From assembly GCA_964574995.1 (NCBI GenBank), contig CAZNPF010000013.1, positions 9,050-73,049 on the forward strand: a stretch of DNA of 64,000 nucleotides. Direction: 5' to 3'. The notes beneath the pieces are model-generated. The model searched no databases and was not told the DNA's origin. It worked only from the letters and a program-made list of their open reading frames with translations. Shown piece by piece: positions 1 through 10,514 of the stretch (position 1 is the first letter of the stretch; each line of letters starts with the position of its first letter). The translations under genes and the position numbers were made by a program. Origin of the DNA: an uncultured Pseudomonadales bacterium. Its GTDB lineage: Bacteria > Pseudomonadota > Gammaproteobacteria > Pseudomonadales > JADFDG01.

Positions 1-2349
1 CAGCAGCGCATAGACATCCTCTTGAGTCATTTCGGCGTACTGCCCTGACGGGCCCAGCAACACCAAGCGCGGGGTCGGCGTGGTCATCACCCGCAGATCC
101 CACGGCTCTTGATGAGCGCCCAACTCAAAATGAATTTTCTGCTGTGCGGGTCGCAACTCGGCCGTGGCTGCTACGCGATTGCTATTCGGCTGATAGAGCG
201 TCACCAACAGATCATTGAGCGTGGCGTGATAGTCATGATTAAGCGCTGCGATGGTGATGCGCGCATCGCCACTGGCATGCAGTTGATCAAAATCGAAGTC
301 GAGCAGATCGGCGATCAGTGCTTCAAAATCAACAGACCCAGTGCCCATCAATGCTTGGAACGTGCTGACTGCGCCCGTCAACAACGTGCTGCGCACGTGA
401 TCAAACAGCAAGCGTGCACCAGTCACCTTACCCGTCGCCGCCAAGATTGATTCTGGGATTCCAAACGCTTGCCCGGCACCGTTAATGGTCACATCAAGAT
501 CTTGCGCCATGTCGAGCTTGAACACGTGCTTGCCATGATCCGGATAGAAATGATTGACCTGTCCCGGCGCGGAAGGCAGCACCAACTCAGCATTGATCAG
601 ATCAAGCTGCACCAGCTTCTGTTTTCCCGTGGCACCTAGATCAACAAAACCATGCACATCAAAATTGCCGGACAGCGTTTGCGTTGGGTCGTCGTTACGC
701 ACCAGCGTCGCGGTACCGTTAGCCCACGCTTCGACATCCAGTGAATACGCATAGGTGTTCAGCAATGCGGGCATTTGCGTCAGCAAGGACAACATGGCCG
801 ACATGAGCGCCGACTGATTTCCCGATTGTTGCGCAGTCGCGATCGGCTGCAGCGCAGCAATCATCGGACCAAAATCTACGTTTTTAGCATCAACCGTCAA
901 TTCGGCGTCGATGACGCCGGACGCGGTTTCATTCGCCACCGTGCCGGCAATGCTGTATTCAAATCGTTGATTCGGATGCTGCATGGCATCCATGAAACCG
1001 GTGAGCCCCAACGTGAGGTTCACCGTCTGCCCACGCGTATTGCCGACAAACGTCAGCGTGCGTGTCGGCACGTTCAAGTTGATCTTGTAGATATACGTTT
1101 GCCCATACTCATCACTTTCATCCTTGATTGAGCCAAGCATGACGACATCCGTGACGCCCGGAGCCACGATATCCAGCCAGAATGTTGCCATGACGGCCTG
1201 CACCGCCGCTTCGGCGGCAACGGGCATCAAATCAAGATTATCTTGGGCGGCCAACCACTGAAAATGCGGCCATTGCGCATCGATGAATTGCTGAAGATCC
1301 ACTTCGCCAGTTTGCGTATTTAGCAATCCGGACAACGTCAGCAGTTCGTCGATCTGTTGACCCATAGGGCCCATCGTGTCGCGCAATTCCGCCCACGTTA
1401 CCGGCTGCACATTGCTCAACTGATCGACAACCAAACCGCTCTGCAAAGTATCCAGCGCCGATTGCACGTCGCTGTAGCTGCCACCGGGTACGTCAATCAC
1501 GCCGGCCACCGTGGAGCTATGCAAAATCTGCTCCGCCAAATCTGTCAGAAACCCAATGCTCGGGGCCGGGCCTGTCGTGCCTTGCATCAAGGCGCCACCC
1601 TGACCCACAAAATAATCCGACAGCATGATCAACATCTGCTGCATCGGCTCGTGATACTGACCATGCAGTTCAGCAAACGTTGCGTACAACAACGCCAATT
1701 GCACTTGCTTCGGGCTGGCCATTTGCAGCCACAGCGGATCAGCGATGTCATTGGTGTCATCTTCAAGATCGCTGAGCGCCAAACCGAACATGGCGGCCAC
1801 TCGGGCATTGGCATCATTCGCGACATCCGTCGTCAGACCCTGCGGGAAAGTCGCCGCCCAATTGGCGGCCAGCGTCGACAGGGGTGTCACGTTGGCTAAC
1901 TGAATACCCCAGCCGCTCACTGACATCACGGCACTCATTTCAAAATCGAGCGGCACTTCAAACCAATCGCCAAACGCCACCGCGTTTTCATCGGCATCCC
2001 AACAACCTGACAGCGCATCGCAACGCATTTGTGTGCGCTGCTCCGGCGGCAGACTGGCCGCATTTTGCTTTGCGGTTGCCAGCACATGAACCGCACCGTT
2101 GAATCCTTCCGGCAAATTGACGGAATACGCACCCAGATCACTGCTCTCGGTGGTAGCGAGCAAGTTGCCTGCCGCATCGGTAATGGTGACCACCGCATGG
2201 CGCGTCACACCCTTGACCACGGAACCGGTCAGCGTCGCAGTACCACCCGGTGAGCCACTGCCGCCCGATGACGAGCCGCCGTCATCCGCGCAGGAAACCA
2301 GTGCCACCGGAAGTGCTAGCAGGAGAAGCGCTCGCTGGAGCAGGGTCAT
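1..2349 (-). CDS. Large lipoprotein of unknown function (N-terminus complete; C-terminus runs off the window start)
   Basis: It is absent from the ORF track because it has no stop inside the window. I checked every frame-1 triplet of bases 1-2349 and none is tta/cta/tca, so the minus strand is open for 783 codons from the ATG at 2349. The N-terminus MTLLQRALLLLALPVALVSC-ADDGGSSSGGSGS is a signal peptide plus lipobox Cys plus Gly/Ser linker. The next ~70 aa (TATLTGSVVKGVTRHAVVTITDAAGNLL..GAYSVNLP) look like a carboxypeptidase-regulatory-like beta-sandwich. Plus-strand ORFs here are only short fragments. Confidence 0.75.
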   Translation of the reverse strand, partial: MTLLQRALLLLALPVALVSCADDGGSSSGGSGSPGGTATLTGSVVKGVTRHAVVTITDAAGNLLATTESSDLGAYSVNLPEGFNGAVHVLATAKQNAASLPPEQRTQMRCDALSGCWDADENAVAFGDWFEVPLDFEMSAVMSVSGWGIQLANVTPLSTLAANWAATFPQGLTTDVANDANARVAAMFGLALSDLEDDTNDIADPLWLQMASPKQVQLALLYATFAELHGQYHEPMQQMLIMLSDYFVGQGGALMQGTTGPAPSIGFLTDLAEQILHSSTVAGVIDVPGGSYSDVQSALDTLQSGLVVDQLSNVQPVTWAELRDTMGPMGQQIDELLTLSGLLNTQTGEVDLQQFIDAQWPHFQWLAAQDNLDLMPVAAEAAVQAVMATFWLDIVAPGVTDVVMLGSIKDESDEYGQTYIYKINLNVPTRTLTFVGNTRGQTVNLTLGLTGFMDAMQHPNQRFEYSIAGTVANETASGVIDAELTVDAKNVDFGPMIAALQPIATAQQSGNQSALMSAMLSLLTQMPALLNTYAYSLDVEAWANGTATLVRNDDPTQTLSGNFDVHGFVDLGATGKQKLVQLDLINAELVLPSAPGQVNHFYPDHGKHVFKLDMAQDLDVTINGAGQAFGIPESILAATGKVTGARLLFDHVRSTLLTGAVSTFQALMGTGSVDFEALIADLLDFDFDQLHASGDARITIAALNHDYHATLNDLLVTLYQPNSNRVAATAELRPAQQKIHFELGAHQEPWDLRVMTTPTPRLVLLGPSGQYAEMTQEDVYALL

Positions 2350-2608
2350 GTCAGGATCCTCGGCGTTTTTCGTTGTCGTTCTTATCGTTGGCCGGACCGC
2401 CGCGCAGAAAGCACGCAGACTCGGTCATTTTAGAGGCATATCAGCAACAACCAGCAGGCTACGACGATATTCCGATGGGCGGAGAACGCCATGGCTATCC
2501 GCACAGGCGTCGAGTGTTGAGTGTCAGCCGGGGGCTTCCTGCAGAATGCATTCGACTGCCGGCTATACTCGCGCCCCGCCCGGCCACCCCCGAGTCTTTT
2601 CTCTCGCC

Positions 2609-3640
2609 ATGCTCGAAGCTCCCAGCCAAGTCGTCCTGCGCAATCTCGATCGTCTACCCGCCGGCCGCCTGCTGGTCATCAACCCTCCCGCGGATGAGTT
2701 GCCCCGAGAGCTCGCCGCCCGTCCCGACTTAGCCCCGCACTGGTTCAGCCAGAACTACGCAGACAGCCAAGCGCTGGCTGCCCGTCGAATCAGTGTGGAA
2801 TTCGGCCCCGTGCCGACCGGTGACGAGGCCTTTCAAAGGGTGCTGCTCTTTCACCCCAAAGAGCGCGCACTGGCTGGTTTTCTACTGTTTCTGGCTCGAT
2901 CCCGTGTCGCGGCGGGCGGCTCTTTGTGGCTGGTCGGCGACAACAAAGGCGGTATTCGTGGTACCGAAAAGCGGCTGGCCGAAGCAGGTATCGCCGTCGA
3001 AACCATCGACAGTGCTCGTCACTGTCGGCTGGTGAAAGTCACGCCGAAATCGGCTGGCGAGTCTTTCCAGCTGGAAGACTGGCTGGAAATCATGGCACTG
3101 GAAGTACTCGGCAATGAATTAGCCGTTGCCAGTCTTCCGGGCGTGTTCAGCAGTAGTCGTCTCGACGAAGGTACCGCCTTGCTGCTGGAAACGCTCGGCG
3201 ACGTCACCGCGGGCCGCGTGCTGGATATGGGTTGCGGCGCTGGCGTGATTGGTGCGTTTCTGAAAAAGAAACAACCGGCACTTTCGTTGGAAATGGTCGA
3301 CAGCAATGCGCTGGCGATCATTGCCAGCCAGTGGACATTGCGCGAGAACAATCTCGACGCCAACGTGCACGCTAGCGATGGCTTCAGCACTGTCAGTGGT
3401 AGTTTCGATTGGATCATCAGCAACCCGCCATTTCATGACGGTTTAGCTACCGATTTCCGGTTCTTCGAGCGCTTCATCAGCGAAGCGCCGCGCTTTCTGC
3501 GTCCCGGCGGCCGGCTGCGCATCGTCGCCAATGCGCATCTGAAATATTTACCGTCGATGGACCGCGCCTTTGGAAACGCACGCACGGTGACTGAAAATTC
3601 TCGTTTCCGCGTGTACGAATCCGTCAAAAAAACGCGCTGA
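2609..3640 (+). CDS. rsmC: 16S rRNA (guanine1207-N2)-methyltransferase RsmC
   Basis: 343 aa from the ATG at 2609. The track ORF 2099..3640 is a 5' over-extension that overlaps the divergent lipoprotein gene. The protein is collinear with E. coli RsmC as I recall it. It carries SAM motif VLDMGCGAGVIG and catalytic ISNPPFH. Confidence 0.85.
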   Translation: MLEAPSQVVLRNLDRLPAGRLLVINPPADELPRELAARPDLAPHWFSQNYADSQALAARRISVEFGPVPTGDEAFQRVLLFHPKERALAGFLLFLARSRVAAGGSLWLVGDNKGGIRGTEKRLAEAGIAVETIDSARHCRLVKVTPKSAGESFQLEDWLEIMALEVLGNELAVASLPGVFSSSRLDEGTALLLETLGDVTAGRVLDMGCGAGVIGAFLKKKQPALSLEMVDSNALAIIASQWTLRENNLDANVHASDGFSTVSGSFDWIISNPPFHDGLATDFRFFERFISEAPRFLRPGGRLRIVANAHLKYLPSMDRAFGNARTVTENSRFRVYESVKKTR

Positions 3641-3669
3641 ATTTGTACGCCGTAGTAACAGCAAGCAAC

Positions 3670-5481
3670 CTACACCCCACGCAGCCAAGCCAAAGCCAGC
3701 GTGGATGGTTCGCTGCCAGTAAAGGTGAGATAACAGGTATCTGTTGGCGCTGCATCTAACACTACTGCGTATTGGTGCAGTTCATCCCGACGAAATGCAT
3801 GGACGCTCACCGTATCACCCACGGCACGTGTTGCGAGCAATTTGTCAAAACCGGCATGTGTTGCTCTCAAGCCATCCACCGCCACGATGACATCGCCAGC
3901 CGATAAACCGGCACGCATCGCTGGCGAATTGCTGAAGCAATGCTGAATTCGCGCGCCCAGTACATCGCCGGTTGTGCGGATGCCCATCGAAGGCCTCGGC
4001 CGCGAATTTTTATTTTTACCCGCGCTACCGCCGTTATCCGTTGAGCCATCAGCAGCGCGCAAGCGGTAATCAATACCAAAATCTGCCAGAAAATCCGCTA
4101 ATGGCAAATCATCTGTGCCGTAGACCGCCTGGCGGAATACGGTCCGCAACGATTCGCCACCAAACTCTACGACTAACGATTCAATTCCATCTTCCGGCAC
4201 GCCAACGCCCGATAAGCCATAGCGCAACCAAAGTGCGCGCATGATGTCATCCAGCGACCGAACGCCATCGCTGGCGCGGCGCAAGGCGAGGTCCAGCAGC
4301 AGAGCAACCATCGCACCTTTGGCGTAATAACTCACCACCGCATTGGGCGTGTTTTCATCTGGGCGATAAAATCGCGTCCACGCATCAAAACTGGAATCGG
4401 CCACGCTCTGTAGGAAACGTCCCGGACCTCGTAATACACGGGTGATGCTCTGGCCCGTCAACTCCAGCCAAGACGCTGATGAAATCACGCCAGAGCGAAC
4501 CAGAAAAAGGTCGTCGTAATACGATGTGAAGCCTTCAAACGCCCACAACTGTCGCGTGTAATTTTCCTGCGAGAGATCATACGGCAGGAAAACTTTCGGC
4601 TTGATTCGCTTGATATTCCACGTATGAAAATACTCGTGGCTACACAAACCCAAAAACTGGCGGTAGCTCTCTTTCATCACGGCGGGATCATCCGTCAACT
4701 GCGGCAAATCATCGCGACTCGCCAGCAAAGAGGTCGACGCACGGTGCTCAAGTCCACCGTATCCCTCACCCACGACTTGCACCAGAAACAGATAACGATC
4801 CATGGGGGCAGGTTCGCCGAACATGCGAATTTGCGCGGTGCAGATTTTTTCGAGGTCCGCACACAGGCGAACAAAATCACAACGATGCCGACCCGTTATC
4901 ACCACCTCATGCGGAATACCACACGCCACGAACGATGCACGACTGAAGTCGCCTATCTCCACCGGATGGTCGATCAGTTCATCGTAGTTGTCGGCAAAAT
5001 AATTGCCGAAGTCCCAGACGGCAGTATCTGGTTCGACTCGCAATGCCGTTGCAACGCGCCACGTCGTGTATCGGTTACCCGCAGGGCGTTCTATTTGCAC
5101 GCGACACGGTAAATGCTCATACCCTTGCGCTGCTAGGAACACCGACGTGCCGTTGAAATATCCGTGCGTGTCATCCAGATGCGCCGCACGAACTGATAGA
5201 TCCCACGCATACACGTCATATTCCAGCCGCACCGCTCCCACGACAGGAGCGCATCGCCAAGTAGATTTGTCGATTTTTTCACACGCTAACGACTGACCAT
5301 TCGCTTCAGCGCGCAAAGAAACAATGTTGCGTGCAAACTCGCGAACCATGTAACTGCCGGGAATCCAGACTGGCAAACGAAAACACTGACCAGCCGGATC
5401 AGGATTTCGAACCGTGCAACTGACGCGAAATAGATGCGCCGCCGGATCAATGGGCACAATGCGATAATCAACGGTGTCCAC
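3670..5481 (-). CDS. M61 family (glycyl aminopeptidase-like) metallopeptidase with C-terminal PDZ domain
   Basis: 603 aa. It has the HEYFH (HExxH) zinc motif. The C-terminal PDZ-like segment is ..GARIQHCFSNSPAMRAGLSAGDVIVAVDG. Confidence 0.8.
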   Translation of the reverse strand: MDTVDYRIVPIDPAAHLFRVSCTVRNPDPAGQCFRLPVWIPGSYMVREFARNIVSLRAEANGQSLACEKIDKSTWRCAPVVGAVRLEYDVYAWDLSVRAAHLDDTHGYFNGTSVFLAAQGYEHLPCRVQIERPAGNRYTTWRVATALRVEPDTAVWDFGNYFADNYDELIDHPVEIGDFSRASFVACGIPHEVVITGRHRCDFVRLCADLEKICTAQIRMFGEPAPMDRYLFLVQVVGEGYGGLEHRASTSLLASRDDLPQLTDDPAVMKESYRQFLGLCSHEYFHTWNIKRIKPKVFLPYDLSQENYTRQLWAFEGFTSYYDDLFLVRSGVISSASWLELTGQSITRVLRGPGRFLQSVADSSFDAWTRFYRPDENTPNAVVSYYAKGAMVALLLDLALRRASDGVRSLDDIMRALWLRYGLSGVGVPEDGIESLVVEFGGESLRTVFRQAVYGTDDLPLADFLADFGIDYRLRAADGSTDNGGSAGKNKNSRPRPSMGIRTTGDVLGARIQHCFSNSPAMRAGLSAGDVIVAVDGLRATHAGFDKLLATRAVGDTVSVHAFRRDELHQYAVVLDAAPTDTCYLTFTGSEPSTLALAWLRGV

Positions 5482-5484
5482 GGT

Positions 5485-6234
5485 TCAGCTCAGCGCCGCA
5501 ACGATATCGTTGTTGATTGCCGCGAGCACCGCCACCGGATCCGACGCACCGGTTATTGGTCGACCGATCACCAGATGCGTGGCGCCACCACGTATTGCAT
5601 CGCCCGGCGTAACAATACGACGTTGATCGCCCGCTTCGCTGCCTGCTGGGCGGATACCTGGTGTCACGTAGAGAAAACCAGCACGGCGTTCATCGCGCAG
5701 CATCGGTGCTTCGCGTGCGCTGCAGACGACACCATCCAGCGCACAATCTTCTGCCAACAATGCCAATCGGCTGACTTGCTCATCGACGGGAACATCAAGG
5801 CCCGTGTCGGCAAGATCTCCCTGCTCCATACTGGTCAGCACCGTTACTGCGATTAATTTTGGCGCCGCACCGTGGCTGCCGTAGCGATCGATAGCCTCAC
5901 GCGCCGCCAGCATCATTCGACGGCCACCACTGGCATGCACATTCACCATCCACACCCCAAGTTCCGCAGCCGCACGGCAGGCGCCAGCCACCGTATTGGG
6001 AATATCGTGGAATTTGAGATCCAGAAAAACGTCAAACCCCGCTGACTGTAAGGACGCCACCACCTGTGGACCCGCCGCCGTGAACAATTCCTTACCTACT
6101 TTGACTCGGCATGCGCGGGGATCTAGACGTTTGGCAGCCGCAAGCGCATCGCTTGCACGCGCGAAGTCCAACGCGACAATGATTCTTTTTTCAGACTTTT
6201 TATCGTCTCGTTTTTCTTCTGGCTGCAGTGACAT
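5485..6234 (-). CDS. pyrF: Orotidine 5'-phosphate decarboxylase
   Basis: 249 aa with IIVALDF and [13 protein letters not shown] signature motifs. ATG start at 6234. Confidence 0.92.
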   Translation of the reverse strand: MSLQPEEKRDDKKSEKRIIVALDFARASDALAAAKRLDPRACRVKVGKELFTAAGPQVVASLQSAGFDVFLDLKFHDIPNTVAGACRAAAELGVWMVNVHASGGRRMMLAAREAIDRYGSHGAAPKLIAVTVLTSMEQGDLADTGLDVPVDEQVSRLALLAEDCALDGVVCSAREAPMLRDERRAGFLYVTPGIRPAGSEAGDQRRIVTPGDAIRGGATHLVIGRPITGASDPVAVLAAINNDIVAALS

Positions 6235-6281
6235 CGGAAGTTCCTAAATCTATCAATGATGATCGCGCAACACGCGTACGA

Positions 6282-7271
6282 TCAAACTCGCGGGCCGCTT
6301 TCACCAAGCGCACGCAACGTGCCCCAGCCATTGCATCCGGGGCACATCCAAAGTACCGAGCGCGAATGAAAACCGCACTGCGAGCACATATAAGTTGATA
6401 CGCGTGGCGGCTCAAGTTCAGGCGAAGCCGCTGCGAGCAGCGCATCAACCGAAGGCGCCGCCTGCCCAGCCGGCACCGGTAAACGTGCCAACCAGCGCGA
6501 AAGAACATCGCGTGCCAGCGGTGCAAAGCCGGGCTGACTGCTCAACAAATCACGCAGCAACGTAATCGCCTCGTCAATATGCCCAGCCAACACATCCAAC
6601 TCGACAAGATCGAGGCCCGCGCGCAAACAATGTCCGTCAAAATCTAGCGCTCGACGCAATAATCGGCGAGCTGCCGTTGCTTCGCCTGCCAACAGCGCCT
6701 TCTCTGCCAATTCGCAGCAGTAATGTGCCGCCGATACGCTCACCGAAGGTTCAACCACCGCTAATTTCTCGGCCACATTCAGCGCGCTGTGCCAATCACG
6801 TTCCAATTCATAAATGCGTGCCAACTGTCGCAGTGCCTGCTGGGTAAATTGGCTCTGGCCATCCACCAGCGCCTGAAACTGCAACTCGGCGCGGTCCAAC
6901 ATGCCTGCTGCAAAATAATCACGGCCCAACTCGAAATCGGCATGATCTGTCTGCTCGCGCGTGATGCCCTTGATGTGCCGTAGGCGCTCATGCAATTCCG
7001 TCGCGCGCCCCGTTTCACCACGCCTCCGAAACAAGGCGCCCAGTGACAGGTGTGCTTCGAAATTCTCGGCATCAAATGCCAGCGCTTGCGCAAACGCATT
7101 CAGTGACGTGCCGCTTTCACCGCTACGCGTCACCGAACGCAAATAGTTCCGTACGTTCTGCGCTTCTTCGAGACGACGGCGTATCCGTCCTTGGCGAAAA
7201 CCCAAATACCAGCCTGCTGCCACCGCGATGAATAGCAAGGCAAACAACAGTACGGTCGCAGCCATACCCAT
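6282..7271 (-). CDS. lapB: Lipopolysaccharide assembly protein B (LapB/YciM)
   Basis: It has an N-terminal TM helix, TPR repeats and a C-terminal rubredoxin-like site CSQCGF...CPGCNGW. It lies immediately downstream of lapA. I set the start to ATG 7271 (or 7265), just after the lapA stop; the track start 7325 would overlap lapA. Confidence 0.85.
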   Translation of the reverse strand: MGMAATVLLFALLFIAVAAGWYLGFRQGRIRRRLEEAQNVRNYLRSVTRSGESGTSLNAFAQALAFDAENFEAHLSLGALFRRRGETGRATELHERLRHIKGITREQTDHADFELGRDYFAAGMLDRAELQFQALVDGQSQFTQQALRQLARIYELERDWHSALNVAEKLAVVEPSVSVSAAHYCCELAEKALLAGEATAARRLLRRALDFDGHCLRAGLDLVELDVLAGHIDEAITLLRDLLSSQPGFAPLARDVLSRWLARLPVPAGQAAPSVDALLAAASPELEPPRVSTYMCSQCGFHSRSVLWMCPGCNGWGTLRALGESGPRV

Positions 7272-7276
7272 GTGGA

Positions 7277-7498
7277 TCAATGCCTGTGTGTGTTGCGCGT
7301 CAGTAAACCCGCCAATAAGCCACACAGACCGCCCGCGCTGAAAGCCAGCACCAAGGCCAGCCCGCTACGAAGTGACATGGAAGGCCAGAACAACAAATCA
7401 ATCGTGATCACTTCACGATTGGCAGCACTGAAATACAGGCCAAAAGCGACGGCGGCCAAACAGGCCAATACCAACAAGATGCCCGACAGTCGATTCAC
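7277..7498 (-). CDS. lapA: Lipopolysaccharide assembly protein A (LapA/YciS-like small membrane protein)
   Basis: 73 aa with two hydrophobic helices. It occupies the conserved position between ihfB and lapB. Confidence 0.7.
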   Translation of the reverse strand: MNRLSGILLVLACLAAVAFGLYFSAANREVITIDLLFWPSMSLRSGLALVLAFSAGGLCGLLAGLLTRNTHRH

Positions 7499-7537
7499 GA
7501 TTTACTCCGGGCCAGATCCACGTCTGCCACCGGCGAA

Positions 7538-7888
7538 TTAGTCGACCGGACCGCTGGAAACCGCACGCGGCACGAACACGCCACCGTTGCGGGCAATTTC
7601 TTCCTGCAGGCTTTCGTTGACGCGATCGCGCAACTCTTTACCGGGCTTGAAATGCGGAACGTACTTGCCCTGCAAGTCGACCGATTCACCGGTTTTAGGA
7701 TTACGACCGGTACGCGGCGCACGGAAGTGCAATGAAAAACTACCAAAGCCACGAATTTCGATGCGGCCACCTTGAGCCAGCACCTCAGACATGTCTTCCA
7801 AGATAGTTTTGACGGCGAGTTCAACGTCCTTGACGGAAAGCTGGGACTGCCGAGCAGCAATGCGCTCAATCAGTTCCGACTTGGTCAT
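7538..7888 (-). CDS. ihfB: Integration host factor subunit beta
   Basis: [11 protein letters not shown]...[22 protein letters not shown] is the HU/IHF signature. The ATG at 7888 gives the canonical N-terminus; the track start at 7912 adds 8 aa. Confidence 0.92.
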   Translation of the reverse strand: MTKSELIERIAARQSQLSVKDVELAVKTILEDMSEVLAQGGRIEIRGFGSFSLHFRAPRTGRNPKTGESVDLQGKYVPHFKPGKELRDRVNESLQEEIARNGGVFVPRAVSSGPVD

Positions 7889-7937
7889 GGACCCGCTGCT
7901 GTCGTGTTCCACGACGAACCCCCGTTACCGACACCGG

Positions 7938-7969
7938 CAAAATGGGCCGACCCGTTGCCGGGCCGGCCC
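7938..7969 (-). terminator. Possible partial terminator/attenuator between rpsA and ihfB
   Basis: The minus strand reads GGGCCGGCCCGGCAACGGGTCGGCCC followed by ATTTTG. The GC-rich arms GGGCCG/CGGCCC pair, but the U tract is short. Confidence 0.3.
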
Positions 7970-7985
7970 GCTTCGTTGCCGGGGC

Positions 7986-9665
7986 TTATTCGCCGCGGCT
8001 ACCCATCTGCGCCTTGATCAAGTCGCCGATGGTCTTCGGACCTTCACCCGCAGAGTCCTGATTCTTCAGGCCTTCGAGGGCTTCACGCTCATCGCTGGCA
8101 TCCTTGGCCTTGATGGACAGGCCAATGGAGCGGTTCTTGCGATCAAGGACAACGATCTTGGCCTCAACCTCGGCGCCGACCTTCAGAACATCCGCTGCGC
8201 TTTCAACACGGTCGCGGCTGATTTCTGACGTCTTGATGTAGCCCTCGACGTTCTCCGCCAAGGTCACAACTGCACCTTTTGCATCAACTTCCTTCACTAC
8301 GCCTTTGACTATACTGCCTTTTTCATTAACGGCAACATAGTCCGAGTACGGGTCTTGGGCCAATTGCTTGATGCCCAGCGAGATACGACCATGCTCGGCG
8401 TCGATGGACAGGACGGTGGTATCCACTTCCTGACCCTTGGCGTATTTGCGTACGGCTTCCTCGCCCGCTTCGTCCCACGAAATATCGGACAGGTGGACCA
8501 GGCCGTCGATGCCGCCATCCAAGCCAATGAAGATGCCGAAGTCGGTGATCGACTTGACCGTACCCTTGATGCGGTCGCCCTTCTTGAACTTGTCAGCGAA
8601 GGACTCCCACGGGTTCTTCTTGCACTGCTTGATGCCCAGCGAGATGCGACGACGCTCTTGGTCGATATCCAGAATCATCACGTCGACTTCGTCACCAATG
8701 CTGACGACTTTGGACGGGTGAATGTTCTTGTTGGTCCAATCCATTTCAGAGACGTGGACCAAGCCCTCGATGCCCGGCTCCAGCTCAGCAAAGCAGCCGT
8801 AGTCGGTGAGGTTGGTGATACGCGCCTTGACCTTGGTACCGACCGGGTAACGGCCAACGATGGCGTGCCACGGATCTTCGCCCAATTGCTTGAGGCCCAG
8901 CGATACGCGGTTTTTCTCGCGATCGAACTTGAGCACTTTGACTTGAATTTCCTGGCCGACTTCGACGATCTCGCTTGGATGCTTGATGCGCTTCCACGAC
9001 ATGTCGGTGATGTGCAGCAGGCCATCGATACCGCCGAGGTCCACGAACGCACCGTAGTCGGTCAGGTTCTTGACGATACCTTTGACTTCCATGCCTTCCT
9101 GAAGCTGCGACAACAGTTCCTGGCGCTCGATGCTGTTCTCGGTTTCCATCACGGCGCGGCGCGAAACAACGACGTTGTTACGCTTGGCGTCCAACTTGAT
9201 GACTTTGAACTCGAGTTCTTTGCCTTCCAGATGCGCGGTATCGCGCACCGGGCGCACATCGACCAACGAACCCGGCAGGAACGCACGGATCGATTCGATG
9301 TCGACGGTGAAACCGCCCTTGACCTTGCCATTGATGATGCCGCGCACGGTGACATTGTCGGTGAACAGCTTTTCCAGCTTGATCCACGCTTCGGCGCGCT
9401 TGGCTTTTTCACGCGACAGCTTGGTGTAGCCCATGCCATCGTCAATCGCATCGACGACGACGGTGACTTCGTCACCGACCTTGACGTCGAATTCACCGCG
9501 ATCGGTGAGAAATTCTTGTTTCTGAATAACGCCTTCGGATTTCAGACCGGCGTTAACGATGACCCAGTCGTTGTCGATCGACACCACGATGCCGGTAACG
9601 GCAGCACCACGATCAACATCAAGACCTTTGACGCTTTTTTCAAAGAGTTCGGCAAAACTTTCCAT
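7986..9665 (-). CDS. rpsA: 30S ribosomal protein S1
   Basis: 559 aa with six S1 repeats, starting MESFAELFE. Confidence 0.97.
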   Translation of the reverse strand: MESFAELFEKSVKGLDVDRGAAVTGIVVSIDNDWVIVNAGLKSEGVIQKQEFLTDRGEFDVKVGDEVTVVVDAIDDGMGYTKLSREKAKRAEAWIKLEKLFTDNVTVRGIINGKVKGGFTVDIESIRAFLPGSLVDVRPVRDTAHLEGKELEFKVIKLDAKRNNVVVSRRAVMETENSIERQELLSQLQEGMEVKGIVKNLTDYGAFVDLGGIDGLLHITDMSWKRIKHPSEIVEVGQEIQVKVLKFDREKNRVSLGLKQLGEDPWHAIVGRYPVGTKVKARITNLTDYGCFAELEPGIEGLVHVSEMDWTNKNIHPSKVVSIGDEVDVMILDIDQERRRISLGIKQCKKNPWESFADKFKKGDRIKGTVKSITDFGIFIGLDGGIDGLVHLSDISWDEAGEEAVRKYAKGQEVDTTVLSIDAEHGRISLGIKQLAQDPYSDYVAVNEKGSIVKGVVKEVDAKGAVVTLAENVEGYIKTSEISRDRVESAADVLKVGAEVEAKIVVLDRKNRSIGLSIKAKDASDEREALEGLKNQDSAGEGPKTIGDLIKAQMGSRGE

Positions 9666-9815
9666 TTGGAATGCACCTTGCGATTACCGTGCCTGCCAGT
9701 TAATGGCACGGGTCAGTTAATGAAAAACGCCGGAACCTGCGCACATCTGGCGGACAGCGCAGGCTGGCTCCCTCCAGCGGGATCGATGATCGTTTTTTGT
9801 GCAGTGCCGGTGGAC

Positions 9816-10514
9816 TCAGGCGAGTCCGCGCTCTTGCACGATGACCATGATTTGCCGGAAGACTTCCTCGCGGCTGAGGTGCGTGCTGTCGATGACCACC
9901 GCATCCGGGGCAGGCCTTAAGGGGGCTACTGGCCGGTTGCGATCACGGTCATCTCGGGCCCGCAGGTCCTCGACGAGGCGCGGCAAATTAGCACTAAGCC
10001 CTTGGTCTAGCAACTGTTTTTCCCTTCTACGGGCGCGCTCCTCGACGCTCGCATCGAGGAAAATCTTGACCCGCGCCGAGGGGAAAACCACGGTGCCCAT
10101 ATCCCTGCCGTCAGCGACCAAACCGGGGGGCTGAGCAAACGCATGTTGAAGCCCCAGCAGGGCATCACGCACCGCTTTGTGCCCGGACACCCGTGAGGCC
10201 ATTTGCCCGACATCCTCATCCCGAATACGGTCACTCACGTCGCGGCCATCCAACAGAACCCGCGCCGGCTCGCCCGGCTTGCCGGCGGCAAAACGCACAG
10301 GTAAATGCACAGCGGCGGCGGCCAAGGCTGCCTCATCCGTTGGGGCGATACCTGTATCTATCGCTGCCAGCGCCAGCAGGCGATACAGGGCACCACTGTC
10401 CAACACCTGATAGCCCAAGGCACGGGCGACCATCAGCGCCAGACTGCCCTTACCCGAACCGCTGGGTCCGTCGATGGCAATGACCGGCACCTCGGCGGCT
10501 GGCATCGTCATCAT
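9816..10514 (-). CDS. cmk: Cytidylate kinase
   Basis: IAIDGPSGSGKGS P-loop. The ATG overlaps the upstream aroA stop by 1 nt (TGATG). Confidence 0.92.
   Translation of the reverse strand: MMTMPAAEVPVIAIDGPSGSGKGSLALMVARALGYQVLDSGALYRLLALAAIDTGIAPTDEAALAAAAVHLPVRFAAGKPGEPARVLLDGRDVSDRIRDEDVGQMASRVSGHKAVRDALLGLQHAFAQPPGLVADGRDMGTVVFPSARVKIFLDASVEERARRREKQLLDQGLSANLPRLVEDLRARDDRDRNRPVAPLRPAPDAVVIDSTHLSREEVFRQIMVIVQERGLA

Noticed and set aside
2099-2608. 5' part of the 513-aa track ORF (would add 170 aa to RsmC)
   Set aside because: It overlaps the divergent lipoprotein gene start and the promoter region. Its sequence is Pro/Ser/Arg-rich junk. RsmC homology begins at the ATG at 2609 and gives the canonical 343 aa.
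8355-9920. 521-aa plus-strand ORF, the longest unexplained ORF in the track
   Set aside because: It lies entirely antisense to rpsA and the cmk 3' end. Its composition (Asp/Val/Leu/Gly-rich, low complexity) is the mirror of S1 codons. This is a typical GC-rich shadow ORF.
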